The notes: a model not told the origin generated them from the sequence alone. Shown: positions 10,301 through 20,547, numbered from the stretch's first letter. The stretch: DNA of 64,000 nt from an uncultured delta proteobacterium (GCA_963803435.1 CAWDML010000004.1:128001-192000), one strand, 5' to 3'. Program-made: numbers and translations.

Positions 10301-11689
10301 GACGGTCAGGACAGCGACGGCGACGGTGTGGCCGACGACAAGGGCTTCGACTGGTCCAACTACGAGTACTCGGTCGACTACAAGTACTGCTCGGATCTCT
10401 ACGCGAACTTCTCGATTCCGTCCTGCCAGCGGTGGGATACGGGTTGGGACTTCTCGGAGGCGACCGACTATCACATCAACCGTTGGGACCGCGACTACGT
10501 GTTCGATCACTATCGTCGCGACAAGCTCGCCGGTTGGGGCAGCCCCCGCGGGTACATGGCGCGGCTCCAGAGCCGTCGCTTCTTCCACATGACCAACGTG
10601 TTCCGGTATTACCTGTTCGTCCGCCGCAGCGCGTTCGAGGCCCCGGCCTACGACGATTGGCGTGAGGCGGCGTACAAGGGCCTCAACTTCCTGGAGCGCG
10701 TGCTTCAGACCCCGGAGCCGGGCCGCTACTGCCTGAACACGACGACGAACATCTACCAGATCGATCGGTCTGGGGTGCAGTCGCCGTGCGAGCAGGAGTA
10801 CACGGTGGGCCTCGGCTACGGCCAGGGCCGCTACCTGAACACGGCGTGGACCGACGAGTACTTCTACAAGTCGAACCGCATCGGCGACTTCTACGACAAG
10901 CTGGCAGCGATCCAGCAGATGACCACGTCATCCGGCCGGTTCGTCCGCGACTTCTCGGATCTGTTCGACCGTCGTGCGTACTCGCTCGGCTACCTGCGCG
11001 TATACCTCGATCCGATGCTGCAGCGCTGGTCGGCGCTGGTGACCGGTGACTTCACCGGCTATCGCTCGCATGTGGTGACCGATCCGGACACCAACGAGCG
11101 CTACGTCCGGTACACGCCGCTCTTCGACGAAGAGAAGGACGGCGCGTCGGTCCGCCAGTGGCTGGAGCAGTATCCGGAGATCGAGCCCTCGTGGTCGTAC
11201 TCGCTGCGCTACATGTCGCTGGCCTACGCGCTGGCGAACTGGTCGTCGATCAACGACTACGCGCCGGAGTTCTACCGGTTCACGAAGATCTCGATCCGCG
11301 GGACGCCGGAGGACGTGGAGTATCCGGCGGACTTCCAGGTGGTCGAGTTCACGGATCCCGAGACGTACATCACGTACCGGGCTCCGGTGATCAAGCCGTT
11401 CTCCGAGGGTGGCCTCATCCAGGAGTTCCCGGCGTACTACGGCGATAAGTTCCACCGCAGCCAGGGCAAGTTCCACAACTGGAGCATGGGCGCGTCCCTG
11501 CTGCAGGATGCGAACGACTACCTGACAAACGTGTGGCAGCCGGCGAAGGACGCCTGCGACGCGAACGGCCCGACCAGCAACGAGTGCAAGACCTTCCAGC
11601 AGGCCCGAACGGCCATGAGCGAGAAGGTCGGGTACATCGACCTGGTCCGGAAGTTCAACGCCCAGGCGGAGAACATCGACGACTACTAA
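7363..11689 (+). CDS. Second large Met-zincin lipoprotein, paralogue of the upstream gene; split by a 1-bp frameshift at ~10221
   Basis: ALGC lipobox; HETGHTFGLRHNF; ASIMDY; shares blocks with the paralogue (HFDIxRxY, ENxTDRPW, YMRVDW); removing one base in GATCTCGATC joins ORFs 7333-10665 and 10241-11689. Confidence 0.85.
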
Positions 11690-11709
11690 GCCGTCGCGCT
11701 GAGACCGAG

Positions 11710-11753
11710 AGAGCCCTCGCCGCCCCTAGCGGGCCGCGGGGGCTTTCTTTTTC
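11710..11753 (+). terminator. Probable intrinsic terminator
   Basis: Imperfect GC hairpin gagccctcgccgccc-ctagc-gggccgcgggggctt followed by a T-rich tract. Confidence 0.6.
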
Positions 11754-12649
11754 ATCCACACCACCTTCAAGTCCTCCACCACCCGCGAAGCCGTGAGCTC
11801 CGCAGGATGCTGCGCGATCATCGAGGACAAGCCCTCGAGATCGAGCTGGGTGGCGTGGGTCGAGAAGAGGAGCCGGCCGCCGGGCGAGAGTCGGTCGAGC
11901 GCGCCCGCCAGCAGGCGATCCAGATCGGCGAGGAGCGAGAACGTGCGCTTCTTGGATCGCCCGAAGACCGGTGGATCGAGCAGGATCAGGCCGTACGGCT
12001 GGTCTCCGCGCTTCTTCGAGAGGTGCGCGAGGACGTCGTCGGTGAACCAGCGGTGCTGATCGGGATCCAGCCCGCTGGCGAGCATGTTGGCGCGGCCGCG
12101 CTCGAGGGCGCGGCGGGACACGTCCACGCTGGTGACGCGCGCAGCGCCGGCCAGCGCGGCGTGGACGGAGAAAGCGCAGGTGTAGGCGAAGAGGTTGAGG
12201 ACCTCGACGCCGGCCGCGTAGGCGCGACACTCGAAGCGCGTCTCTTGATGATCCAGGAACAGGCCGGTCTGAACGCCGTCGTCGAGCTCGCACAGGAAGA
12301 CGGCGTCGTCCTCGCGCACGCGGATCGGGGTCGCGGGTAGGCTGCCGAAGACGACTCGACTTCGGCTGTCGGTGGGGCGCTTCGCCATGGTCTTGACGAC
12401 GATCGCCCGGGGCGAAAGCGCCATCTGCGCAGCGGTGCACCATGCCTCCACCGTCTCAGGAGGCAACGAATCCCGATGCGTGACGACAATGAGATCCAGA
12501 TAGCGATCGATCGCGAGCCCGCTTGGCCCGCCGCCTGCAATGCCTGGCAGGAGGCGATACGCGTCGATCGTTCGGCGCGCATGCGCACGCGCGCGCCGTT
12601 CTTCGGCAGACAGGAGAGCGCGTACTCGATGTTCGACGTCGGCGTGCAT
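11726..12649 (-). CDS. Class I SAM-dependent rRNA m5C methyltransferase (RlmI/RlmK-like)
   Basis: TGLFLDHQETR, VLNLFAYTCAFSVHAALAGA, ILLDPPVF. Confidence 0.85.
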   Translation of the reverse strand: MHADVEHRVRALLSAEERRARAHARRTIDAYRLLPGIAGGGPSGLAIDRYLDLIVVTHRDSLPPETVEAWCTAAQMALSPRAIVVKTMAKRPTDSRSRVVFGSLPATPIRVREDDAVFLCELDDGVQTGLFLDHQETRFECRAYAAGVEVLNLFAYTCAFSVHAALAGAARVTSVDVSRRALERGRANMLASGLDPDQHRWFTDDVLAHLSKKRGDQPYGLILLDPPVFGRSKKRTFSLLADLDRLLAGALDRLSPGGRLLFSTHATQLDLEGLSSMIAQHPAELTASRVVEDLKVVWMKKKAPAAR

Positions 12650-12754
12650 TTACAAATAGTCAGGTCGCGTATAGATTGATTTGGTGGCCCGCAGATCGAC
12701 CCGAGTTGATGTTGCGGTTTCGACCAGGGGACGGGACACCCTCTGGGGAGGCCG

Positions 12755-13483
12755 ATGTCAGGTCTGAGAGTATCAGCGCTACTTCCCTTCACGGCGGCGC
12801 TCATCCTGAGCGCCTGCGGCGGTGAAGAACCAAACAACCCCACAGAAATCAAGCGATCGAGTCTGACGGTGGCCGCGGATCCTCCCGGACACACGTTTCA
12901 GGACTCGGTCGATGTCGTGCTCACGTCCGGCGGCGGCGCCGACATCTTCTACACGCTGGACGGCCGGTCCCCGCTCGGCAGCGACGGGACGCTCTATCAG
13001 GGGCCCATTCGGCTCGATCACAACGTCTTGCTGACGTTCGTGGCGAAGGTCGGCGACCTCTGGTCGGAGCAGGGCTCGGAGCTGTACGAGCGGCAGGTGG
13101 ATACGGTGGCGCCCAAGCTCCAAGCGCGGGTGCTGACCGTCGACGACGACAACGTGGTGTTCTCGGCCCGCCGGGGCGAGGACGGCCCGATGCGGCAGTC
13201 GGTCCGTCTGAAGTCGGTCGGCCTGCAGCAGGTGCACCTCGAGGGCATCTATGTGGACGCGAATCCTGACTCCTGGAGCTTCTGGCAGGACGGGATCTTC
13301 GAGATCGAGTCTCCGGAGGTCATTCCGGAGTACCTGTCGCCCGGAGAGTCCATCGATCTGGTGGTGACCTACACGCCCACCGAGACGATCCGGACGGCGA
13401 TGATCTTCGTCGTGTCCGACAACCAGCGCACCAGCGACGGAACGGTGCGGGTCAACCTGACCGGTCGAATCTGGGATTGGTAG
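12755..13483 (+). CDS. Lipoprotein with chitobiase/beta-hexosaminidase C-terminal (FN3-associated) domain
   Basis: LILSAC lipobox; IFYTLDGRSP...LYQGPI motif. Confidence 0.75.
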   Translation: MSGLRVSALLPFTAALILSACGGEEPNNPTEIKRSSLTVAADPPGHTFQDSVDVVLTSGGGADIFYTLDGRSPLGSDGTLYQGPIRLDHNVLLTFVAKVGDLWSEQGSELYERQVDTVAPKLQARVLTVDDDNVVFSARRGEDGPMRQSVRLKSVGLQQVHLEGIYVDANPDSWSFWQDGIFEIESPEVIPEYLSPGESIDLVVTYTPTETIRTAMIFVVSDNQRTSDGTVRVNLTGRIWDW

Positions 13484-13529
13484 ACCCCGAACCTTGTTCT
13501 GAGCCCGGAGGCCGGATACATCCCCTGCT

Positions 13530-14573
13530 GTGGGTCGACAGGCGGCGCTCGAGCAGCAGGCACTCGAACAGCTGAGGAAGGGTGACCTCGCCGAGGCGCA
13601 CGCGACGCTCCGCGCGCTGGGTGAGCTCCGACCGAACGATGCGGCCCTCAAGCATCGGCTTCAGCAGGTCGAGCAGCTGATCGATCAGAGGAAGCAGGCG
13701 CAATCGAGGATCCACGCCGAGCCGCTCCGCTACGCGCACGCATATATCCAGGCGGGGAGGTTGGCCGAAGGGCTGCAGCTGCTGCGCGCGGCGCTGGCCC
13801 GAGATCCGAACAATCAGCGGCTGAGGGATCTGGCCCTCGAGGTGGCGCGCCGGCTGCGCACGCAGGTGCAGGCGCAGCAGCCCGCGAAGGACGCCGAGCG
13901 CGAGACGCGGGAGGCCGAGGAGAGCGCGCGCCGCGAAGGCGAGAGCCGGCGTCGTCGCGAGGCGGAGATGAAGGCCGAGGCCGAGGCGAAGGCCAAGGCG
14001 AAGGCGGATGCCGAGAAGGCCCGCGCGAAGGCCGAAGCCGCCAAGGCCAAGCGCGAGGCGCAGGCCCGGGCCGAAGCCGAGGCGAAGGCGAAGACCGAAG
14101 CGGAGGCGCGGGCGAAGGCGGAAGCCAAGGCGAAGGCGGAAGCCAAGGCGAAGGCCGAGGCGGAGGCGCGGGCGAAGGCGAAGGCCGAGGCGGAAGCCAA
14201 GGCGAAGGCTGAGGCGGAGGCGCGGGCGAAGGCAGAAGCCGAGGCGAAGGCGAAGGCCGAGGCGGAGGCGCGGGCGAAGGCGAAGGCCGAGGCGGAGGCG
14301 CGGGCGAAGGCGAAGGCCGAGGCGGAAGCCAAGGCGAAGGCCGAGGCGGAGGCGCGGGCGAAGGCAGAAGCCGAGGCGAAGGCCGAGGCGGAGGCGCGGG
14401 CGAAGGCAGAAGCCGAGGCGAAGGCCGAGGCCGCGCGCGCGGCGGAGGCCGCCGAGATGTGGGCGACGACGGAGGACATGGGCGAGCCCATGGGGCCGAA
14501 ACAGGGCCGGATCGACCTCCTGGAGCGGCTGCTCCGCAAGATCGGCGAACGCCGACACCGCTTGCCTTATTGA
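13530..14573 (+). CDS. TPR-like protein with long Ala/Glu/Lys (TolA-like) coiled-coil repeat
   Basis: Helical N-terminus (YIQAGRLAEGLQLLRAALARDPNN), then ~150 aa of AEAEARAKAK repeats. Confidence 0.75.
   Translation: MGRQAALEQQALEQLRKGDLAEAHATLRALGELRPNDAALKHRLQQVEQLIDQRKQAQSRIHAEPLRYAHAYIQAGRLAEGLQLLRAALARDPNNQRLRDLALEVARRLRTQVQAQQPAKDAERETREAEESARREGESRRRREAEMKAEAEAKAKAKADAEKARAKAEAAKAKREAQARAEAEAKAKTEAEARAKAEAKAKAEAKAKAEAEARAKAKAEAEAKAKAEAEARAKAEAEAKAKAEAEARAKAKAEAEARAKAKAEAEAKAKAEAEARAKAEAEAKAEAEARAKAEAEAKAEAARAAEAAEMWATTEDMGEPMGPKQGRIDLLERLLRKIGERRHRLPY
13970..14450 (+). repeat. Coding tandem repeat (gcgaaggccgaggcggag variants)
   Basis: Low-complexity AEAKA array. Confidence 0.85.
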
Positions 14574-14599
14574 GGGCGATCGGAGATTGGAGACGGCCG

Positions 14600-14722
14600 A
14601 TGGCCAGCTCCAAGAGCAAGCAGACCCGAAACAAGATGAAGCGTCAGATCCGCCACAAGAAGCGGAAGAAGGCGCTGAAGGCGCGCGTCGCCGAGATCAA
14701 GAAGCACAAGGGCGCCAGCTAG
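14600..14722 (+). CDS. Small, very basic protein (40 aa)
   Basis: GGAG RBS; MASSKSKQTRNKMKRQIRHKKRKKALKARVAEIKKHKGAS; codons mostly end in G/C. Confidence 0.65.
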   Translation: MASSKSKQTRNKMKRQIRHKKRKKALKARVAEIKKHKGAS

Positions 14723-14808
14723 GAGCGTGTAGCGCGTAAGCGCTCACGCGACCCCGGTCCGGGTCCCGGTCCCGGTCCGCGTCCCGATCTGAAGATGGCT
14801 GCCTTGAG

Positions 14809-15038
14809 TCAGACGCTCGCGACGGTCGCGAGCTTCGATCGGTAGAGCTTGAGCAGGTTGTGGGTGAGGCAGACGAGCGTCCACTCGGCTCGTACCTTGA
14901 AGAAGGAGCGGAGCGAGAACCGGCGGAATCCTCGTGCCCCTTTGATCTGTCCGAGCGCCGGTTCGACGATACTCTTCCTGCGGGCGTAGACCGCCTTGCC
15001 GTCGCGCGTTTGCAACTTGTCTCGCATTCGCTTGCGAG
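14809..15038 (-). pseudogene. IS1182 transposase extreme C-terminal fragment
   Basis: MRDKLQTRDGKAVYARRKSIVEP...HNLLKLYRS. Confidence 0.85.
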
Positions 15039-15301
15039 TCCGCGATCAGCTTCGGCGGGCATCCGATTCCATCGTGAACAACACCGCCGAGGGCGCCGGA
15101 GAGTTCAATCCACCTGAGAAGGCTCGCTTCTACCGGATGGCACTTCGCTCTGGCACCGAAAGCGCCGCCTCACTCCACACCTGCTTGAGGCGCCGACTCG
15201 CCAACGAGCAGAAGGTCCAAGCCGCCAGAGCCAAGCTCAAGCGCGTTGTCGAGATGCTCACGCGCCTCATCAAGTCGATGAACGCACGCCGGGCTGCATG
15301 A
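15038..15301 (+). pseudogene. Four-helix-bundle gene, 5'-truncated
   Basis: DQLRRASDSIVNNTAEGAGE...RFYRMALRSGTESAA. Confidence 0.85.
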
Positions 15302-15408
15302 TCGCCATCGGGACCGGGACCGGGACCGGGACCCGGACCGGGCTCGCGGTAGCGCTACGCGCTACACGCTCCTAGTCCGCGAGGATCAAACCCGCGCGTG
15401 CGCGCGCT

Positions 15409-16620
15409 TCAGAGCGCCCGGTGCGGCGACACCGTGACACTCGCAAACAACAGCCCGGCGACGATCGCCACGGCGATCATCACCATCGTGAACGCCGACT
15501 CGATCCCCGACAGCAGGTTCTGATCGAGGAACGACGATACGCTTCGAAACCCGACGCTCCCGGGGACCAGCAGTAGAATCCCCGGCACGAGCGGGACCGA
15601 GGCGGGTCGATCGTAGCGGCGCGCGTAGACGTTGGCCGCGACCGCCGCCCCGAACGCGCCGAAGAACACGCCGATCTCCGGTCCGAGGAGGATCGACGCC
15701 TCGCGGCTGCCGAAGTACGCGATCGAGGCGGTGACCAGGATCGCCGGGGCGCTCCGGAGCGGTGCGCGAAACAGAAGGATCAGGCACGCCACCGCGACGG
15801 CGAACGCGAGCAGCTCGGTCCAGAAGGGCAGCTCGGAGGGGCTGGCGTCGATCGGCTGACCGAGGATCGTGTGCCCGAGCTGATTGCCGACCGCGACGCC
15901 GAACGCGATCAACAGGAACGCCGTGGCGGCGGCCATCATGCGGGCCGTTCCCGAGACCAGGTGGCGGGTGGCGAGCTCGCTGATCGCCGTGGTCAGCGTC
16001 AGCCCGGGTACCAGGACGATCAACCCCGAGAGCGTGCAGACGAAGACCGAGACCCCGCCGAACGAATGGGCGGCCGCCTGCGCCATCAAGCTGGCGAGCG
16101 CGGCGGCCACCAGCTCGTACACGCGCACGCCCGAGGTGGAGCGGGCCAGCATCAACCACAGCGCGCCACTGACGCACCCGATCGCGCACCCGACCAGGAT
16201 CTCGGCGATCCCTCCCCCGAAGAAGCGGGCGACGCTGGCCGAGGTGGCGGCGTAGGCGAACAGCGTGACCAGCGGGCCGAAGCGCGGCGGCCGATCGGCG
16301 AGGGCCCTGAGCTTCTCCAGGCCGACCTCGGCGTCGACGCGCCCGCGGGCCACGTCGTCCGCGAGGCGATCGACGTCGTACAGCTTCCCGAGGTCGATCT
16401 CGCCGGGATCGATCCGCTGCAGGCTGGTGTGCTGCGCGCCCAGCTCGCCGAACGACGCAAAGAGCGAGGTCGGGGTGGAGAAGAACTGCGCGTCGACCAG
16501 GGCCAGCGAGCGCGCCACCGATTCGAGGACCTCCTCGAGCCGGAACGCGGAGGCGCCGAAACGGTGCAGCGTCCGCCCCAGCTCGAGCACGAAGGCGATG
16601 CGCTGCGGCTCCGTCGCCAT
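15409..16620 (-). CDS. Threonine/serine exporter family (ThrE-like) membrane protein
   Basis: LHRFGASAFRLE, LVPGLTLTTAISELA...LVSGTAR, VPGILLLVPGS; about 10 hydrophobic segments. Confidence 0.88.
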   Translation of the reverse strand: MATEPQRIAFVLELGRTLHRFGASAFRLEEVLESVARSLALVDAQFFSTPTSLFASFGELGAQHTSLQRIDPGEIDLGKLYDVDRLADDVARGRVDAEVGLEKLRALADRPPRFGPLVTLFAYAATSASVARFFGGGIAEILVGCAIGCVSGALWLMLARSTSGVRVYELVAAALASLMAQAAAHSFGGVSVFVCTLSGLIVLVPGLTLTTAISELATRHLVSGTARMMAAATAFLLIAFGVAVGNQLGHTILGQPIDASPSELPFWTELLAFAVAVACLILLFRAPLRSAPAILVTASIAYFGSREASILLGPEIGVFFGAFGAAVAANVYARRYDRPASVPLVPGILLLVPGSVGFRSVSSFLDQNLLSGIESAFTMVMIAVAIVAGLLFASVTVSPHRAL

Positions 16621-16699
16621 CGCGACACTCTAGGAGTGGGCGCCGCCGAACGCCACCGCGCTGAAGACTCGCGGCGGTCGATCGGGTTAGCGTCGTCGC

Positions 16700-17293
16700 G
16701 TGGCGTCCGAGCACATGGATCTCGGCGGCGGTGCGTACCTCGACTACGATCCGGCCTGGCTGTCATCGGGTGAGGCGACGGCCCTCATGACGTCCGTGAT
16801 CGACGCCTTCGATTGGGAGCACCGCCCGATCAACCTGTTCGGCCGGGAAGTGCTCCAGCCCCGCCTGATCGCGTGGGCGGGCGCGCTGCCCTACCGGTAC
16901 TCCGGTCAGGTTCTCGAGCCCCGCCCGATGCGCGAGCCGCTGCCGCCGCTGGTTCAACGGGTGTCGGACCTCGCCGGCGCCGCCTTCAATCACGTGCTGC
17001 TGAACCGCTACCGTGACGGCAACGACAGCATGGGCATGCACGCCGACGACGAGCCGGAGCTCGGCCGCGACCCGCCGATCGCCGCGATCTCGCTCGGTGC
17101 CGAGCGGCGGTTCGTCATCGCACCCAGGAAGGGCAAAGCGGAGCGATACGCGCTGACGCTCGCGCACGGCTCGCTCCTGATCATGGGCGGATCGATCCAA
17201 CATCGCTTTCGACACGGCGTACCCAAGCAACGGTCGATCTCGGACCCGCGCATCAATCTCACCTTCCGCCGCCTGCTGCAGGAACATTCATGA
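16700..17293 (+). CDS. AlkB-family 2OG-Fe(II) dioxygenase (ALKBH2/3-like)
   Basis: FNHVLLNRYRDGNDSMGMHADDE, HGVPK, RINLTFR. Confidence 0.9.
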   Translation: MASEHMDLGGGAYLDYDPAWLSSGEATALMTSVIDAFDWEHRPINLFGREVLQPRLIAWAGALPYRYSGQVLEPRPMREPLPPLVQRVSDLAGAAFNHVLLNRYRDGNDSMGMHADDEPELGRDPPIAAISLGAERRFVIAPRKGKAERYALTLAHGSLLIMGGSIQHRFRHGVPKQRSISDPRINLTFRRLLQEHS

Positions 17294-17517
17294 GCTTCTT
17301 CAACCAAGAGATTCTGTTCGGCTTCACGCTTCGCCACATCGTCCTCGCGCTGCTCGTGCTCTGGATCCTGAGCGGCGTGCTCAAGAAGGCCTTCGCGGGA
17401 AAGACGGGCCGGAAGTTGATGAAGAAGAAGTGCCGCGGCTGCAGCTGGACCGGCCCGGCGGGCAAGGACACGATGCGGTGTCCCAAGTGTCGGGGGCCGC
17501 TGATCGCGGCCGACTAA
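17290..17517 (+). CDS. Small membrane protein with C-terminal zinc ribbon
   Basis: ATGA overlap with alkB; TM helix; CRGC...CPKC. Confidence 0.7.
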   Translation: MSFFNQEILFGFTLRHIVLALLVLWILSGVLKKAFAGKTGRKLMKKKCRGCSWTGPAGKDTMRCPKCRGPLIAAD

Positions 17518-17695
17518 GAACCGGTCCGAAACTTGGCGAGGCTGCGCCTCGACGCTCGAGCTAGCATCCGGCTGGAAGCGATGTTCGGGGCACCCACAGC
17601 ACCTGACGACTGCGAGCTCGTCTAGGAGCGTGTAGCGCGTAGCGCTACCGCGAGCCCGGTCCGGGTCCCGGTCCCGGTCCCGGTCCCGATGGCGA

Positions 17696-17907
17696 TCATG
17701 CAGCCCGGCGTGCGTTCATCGACTTGATGAGGCGCGTGAGCATCTTGACAACGCGCTTGAGCTTGGCTCTGGCGGCTTGGACCTTCTGCTCGTTGGCGAG
17801 TCGGCGCCTCAAGCAGGTGTGGAGTGAGGCGGCGCTTTCGGTGCCAGAGCGAAGTGCCATCCGGTAGAAGCGAGCCTTATCAGGTGGATTGAACTCTCCG
17901 GCGCCCT
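17696..17907 (-). pseudogene. Four-helix-bundle gene 3' fragment
   Basis: GAGEFNPPDKARFYRMALRS...MNARRAA. Confidence 0.85.
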
Positions 17908-18862
17908 GGAGCGAGCGCGCACGATCGACCAAGAGGAAGACGAGCGGCTGGGCGTTGAAGAGACTGAAGAGGACATCCCAGCGGAGCTCGCTCGCCGTGA
18001 ATCCCGCCTTGCCCGCATTCGAGAAGCGAAGGCTGCGCTGGAACAGGATGCCGCCAGGGCTCGCGCGGAGAAATTGCGCAGGCAAGCCGAAGAGCAGCAG
18101 AGCAAAGCGGATGATGCTCTTGTGGATCGGGTGGAGCAGAAGCGAGCGAGAACTCGAGCCGAGAAGGCAAGAGCGCAGGCTGACCAGCTCGAACCATCCC
18201 CAGACCCAACTGAACGAAGTGATGGATGGCCGCATCATCGCGTTCCTGCAAATGTGGACGGCACACCGAGGCCCCACGCTCAGAGGAACTTCACCGACTC
18301 AGACAGCAGGATCATGTTGAAGGAGGGAGCGTACCTCCAGGCCTACAATGCCCAAGTTGTCGTAGATGAGCACGCTCAGGTGATTGTCGCCGAAGGGGTC
18401 AGCAACCAGGCACCTGATCAGCAACACCTCGTCCCGATGCTCCGTGATGTGTTCGGCAACTGCGGCGATGCTCCGCGGAAGATGACGGCAGACAACGGCT
18501 ATCTGAGCGCGACCAACATCGAATTCTGCGACAACAATCAGATCGATGCCCACATCGCTGTTGGACGCGAACAGAACCAAGACGCGTCGACTCCGTCCTC
18601 ATCAGCTTCGGAGCTCACACCTGCCTCGCTCGCTTGCAAGCGAATGCGAGACAAGTTGCAAACGCGCGACGGCAAGGCGGTCTACGCCCGCAGGAAGAGT
18701 ATCGTCGAACCGGCGCTCGGACAGATCAAAGGGGCACGAGGATTCCGCCGGTTCTCGCTCCGCTCCTTCTTCAAGGTACGAGCCGAGTGGACGCTCGTCT
18801 GCCTCACCCACAACCTGCTCAAGCTCTACCAATCGAAGCTCGCGACCGTCGCGAGCGTCTGA
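17906..18862 (+). pseudogene. IS1182 transposase, C-terminal ~318 aa
   Basis: ELARRESRLARIREAKAALE, NFTDSDSRIM, QAYNAQ, ADNGY, VEPALGQIK; N-terminus missing. Confidence 0.88.
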
Positions 18863-18948
18863 CTCAAGGCAGCCATCTTCAGATCGGGACCCGGACCGGG
18901 ACCGGGACCCGGACCGGGGTCGCGTGAGCGCTTACGCGCTACACGCTC

Positions 18949-20547
18949 CTAGTGCGACGCGATCTCGTCCGCGCCCGGAGACGAGTCCCTGCGCTTTCTT
19001 CGCCGGCGGCGGCGCTTCTTCCGCTGCGGCTCGTCGGCGTCGCCGTTCGGCTCGGGCGCACCGTCCAGCGGGAACGCGGGGAGGATCTCGAGGCCCATGG
19101 CGCGCGCCCGCTGGTGCCAGTCGCGGACCTCGTCGAGCTCGATCTCGAGGGCGCGCGCCCGGACTTCGTAGAGGTTGAGCGCGTCGGGGAAGAAGCCGCG
19201 CTTCATGAGGACCGAGGGCGCGACGCGCCGGCGTCGCTTCTTGCCGCCGGAGCCGGCGCGGCCGAGGTGGCGCTGGGCCATGAACAGCTGTCGGAGGTGC
19301 TCCGAGAGCCGGCGGGTGAGGGCGATGCGGCTGCCGACGGTCGCGAGGAAGTCGACCAGGGCGCGGTTGCAATCCATGCCCGTGGCGTCGGCGCGGTCGA
19401 GGGCGTCCTCGAGCGGAGCGTAGAACAGGGCGCCCAGCACCACCGAGTCGGACACCGGCCCGCGCCTGAACAGGGCGTCGAGCGCGGCCAGGTGGCGGAA
19501 GAGCTGGTCCCGATGACTGGCGTGCCCGTTCGGCTCGCCGTCGGTGTCGAGGAAGGCCTGGATCTCGGGGAGTAGCACGCGGAGCAAGCCGGTCTGCTCC
19601 ATCAGCTCGACGGTGCGCTCCGAGAAGCCGATCCGGAGCAGCCGGAGCGTCTCCTCGAGCACTCGGGCGGGCGCGCAGAGCTGGATGTCGGTGCGGTACT
19701 CGAAGATCGCCCGCTCGAGCTCCGGATCCATCTCGAGCCCGACCTTCGCCTTGAACCGGATCGCGCGGAGGATCCGGACCGGATCCTCGCGAAGCCGGAT
19801 GTGAGGATCGCCGATCATCCGCAGGTAGCGGGCGCGGATGTCGGGAAGCCCACCGACGTGGTCGATGATCCGTCCGGCGGCCACGTCGTAGAACAGCCCG
19901 TTGATGGTGAAGTCGCGCCTGCGCGCGTCCTCCTCCTCCGTACCGAAGACGTTGTCGCGACGGATCAGGAGGTCGTCCGACTCGTCGCCTTCGGGCTCGA
20001 CCTGCGCACGGAAGGTAGAGACCTCGATGATCTTTCCTCCCCGGAAGTAGAGGTGCACGAGGCGGAAGCGGCGGCCGATGATCCGGCTGTTCCGGAAGAT
20101 CGACTTGATCTCCTCGGGTCGCGCATCCGTCGCGATGTCGAAGTCCTTCGGGGTGAGGCTGAGCAGCAGATCGCGGACGCAGCCACCCACCAGGTAGGCG
20201 CGGTGCCCAAAGCGGCGGAGGCGGCGCACCACCGACAGCGCCTCCGGATCGATCGAGTCGAGCGGGATCTCTTGAGTGTCTGCGACGCGGTCTCGCTGCG
20301 GCGGCGATCGCTTCTCGACCGTCGCGCTCCTTCGATCGCTCGTCCTCGCGCCGTTGGACGCCGGCTTGGCCGGGCCCATCGGCTCTACTTCTCGAATCTC
20401 GGCGCGTACCACTTCGGCCTCGGTCACGCGCGCCGCTCGCTCGACCGCACGATCGGTGGCTTGCGCGCTCTTCGCCCTGCGCGTTCGCGAAGAAGTCCAG
20501 TCTCGGACTTCCCGCACCACGCGCAGCGCCTCAATGAGCCAATCCAT
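18949..20547 (-). CDS. pcnB: Poly(A) polymerase I
   Basis: LVGGCVRDLL, KDFDIATDA, PAP signature IIGRRFRLVHL, DARRRDFTINGL, basic tail; start uncertain. Confidence 0.9.
   Translation of the reverse strand: MDWLIEALRVVREVRDWTSSRTRRAKSAQATDRAVERAARVTEAEVVRAEIREVEPMGPAKPASNGARTSDRRSATVEKRSPPQRDRVADTQEIPLDSIDPEALSVVRRLRRFGHRAYLVGGCVRDLLLSLTPKDFDIATDARPEEIKSIFRNSRIIGRRFRLVHLYFRGGKIIEVSTFRAQVEPEGDESDDLLIRRDNVFGTEEEDARRRDFTINGLFYDVAAGRIIDHVGGLPDIRARYLRMIGDPHIRLREDPVRILRAIRFKAKVGLEMDPELERAIFEYRTDIQLCAPARVLEETLRLLRIGFSERTVELMEQTGLLRVLLPEIQAFLDTDGEPNGHASHRDQLFRHLAALDALFRRGPVSDSVVLGALFYAPLEDALDRADATGMDCNRALVDFLATVGSRIALTRRLSEHLRQLFMAQRHLGRAGSGGKKRRRRVAPSVLMKRGFFPDALNLYEVRARALEIELDEVRDWHQRARAMGLEILPAFPLDGAPEPNGDADEPQRKKRRRRRRKRRDSSPGADEIASH

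Larger units (their letters stand above)
14719..15375. mobile_element. IS1182/four-helix-bundle element copy 2 (657 bp, MITE-like deletion derivative)
   Basis: CTAG at both ends; inverted ends 14719-14788 and 15307-15375; transposase 3' end (minus) joined to four-helix-bundle 3' part (plus) at ~15038. Confidence 0.92.
17622..18952. mobile_element. IS1182/four-helix-bundle element copy 3 (1331 bp, internally deleted)
   Basis: CTAG at 17622 and 18949; inverted ends 17622-17690 and 18883-18952; junction at ~17906. Confidence 0.92.

Noticed and set aside
17515-17621. Possible remnant of a second IS end next to copy 3
   Set aside because: No partner end or second copy in the window, so it cannot be supported
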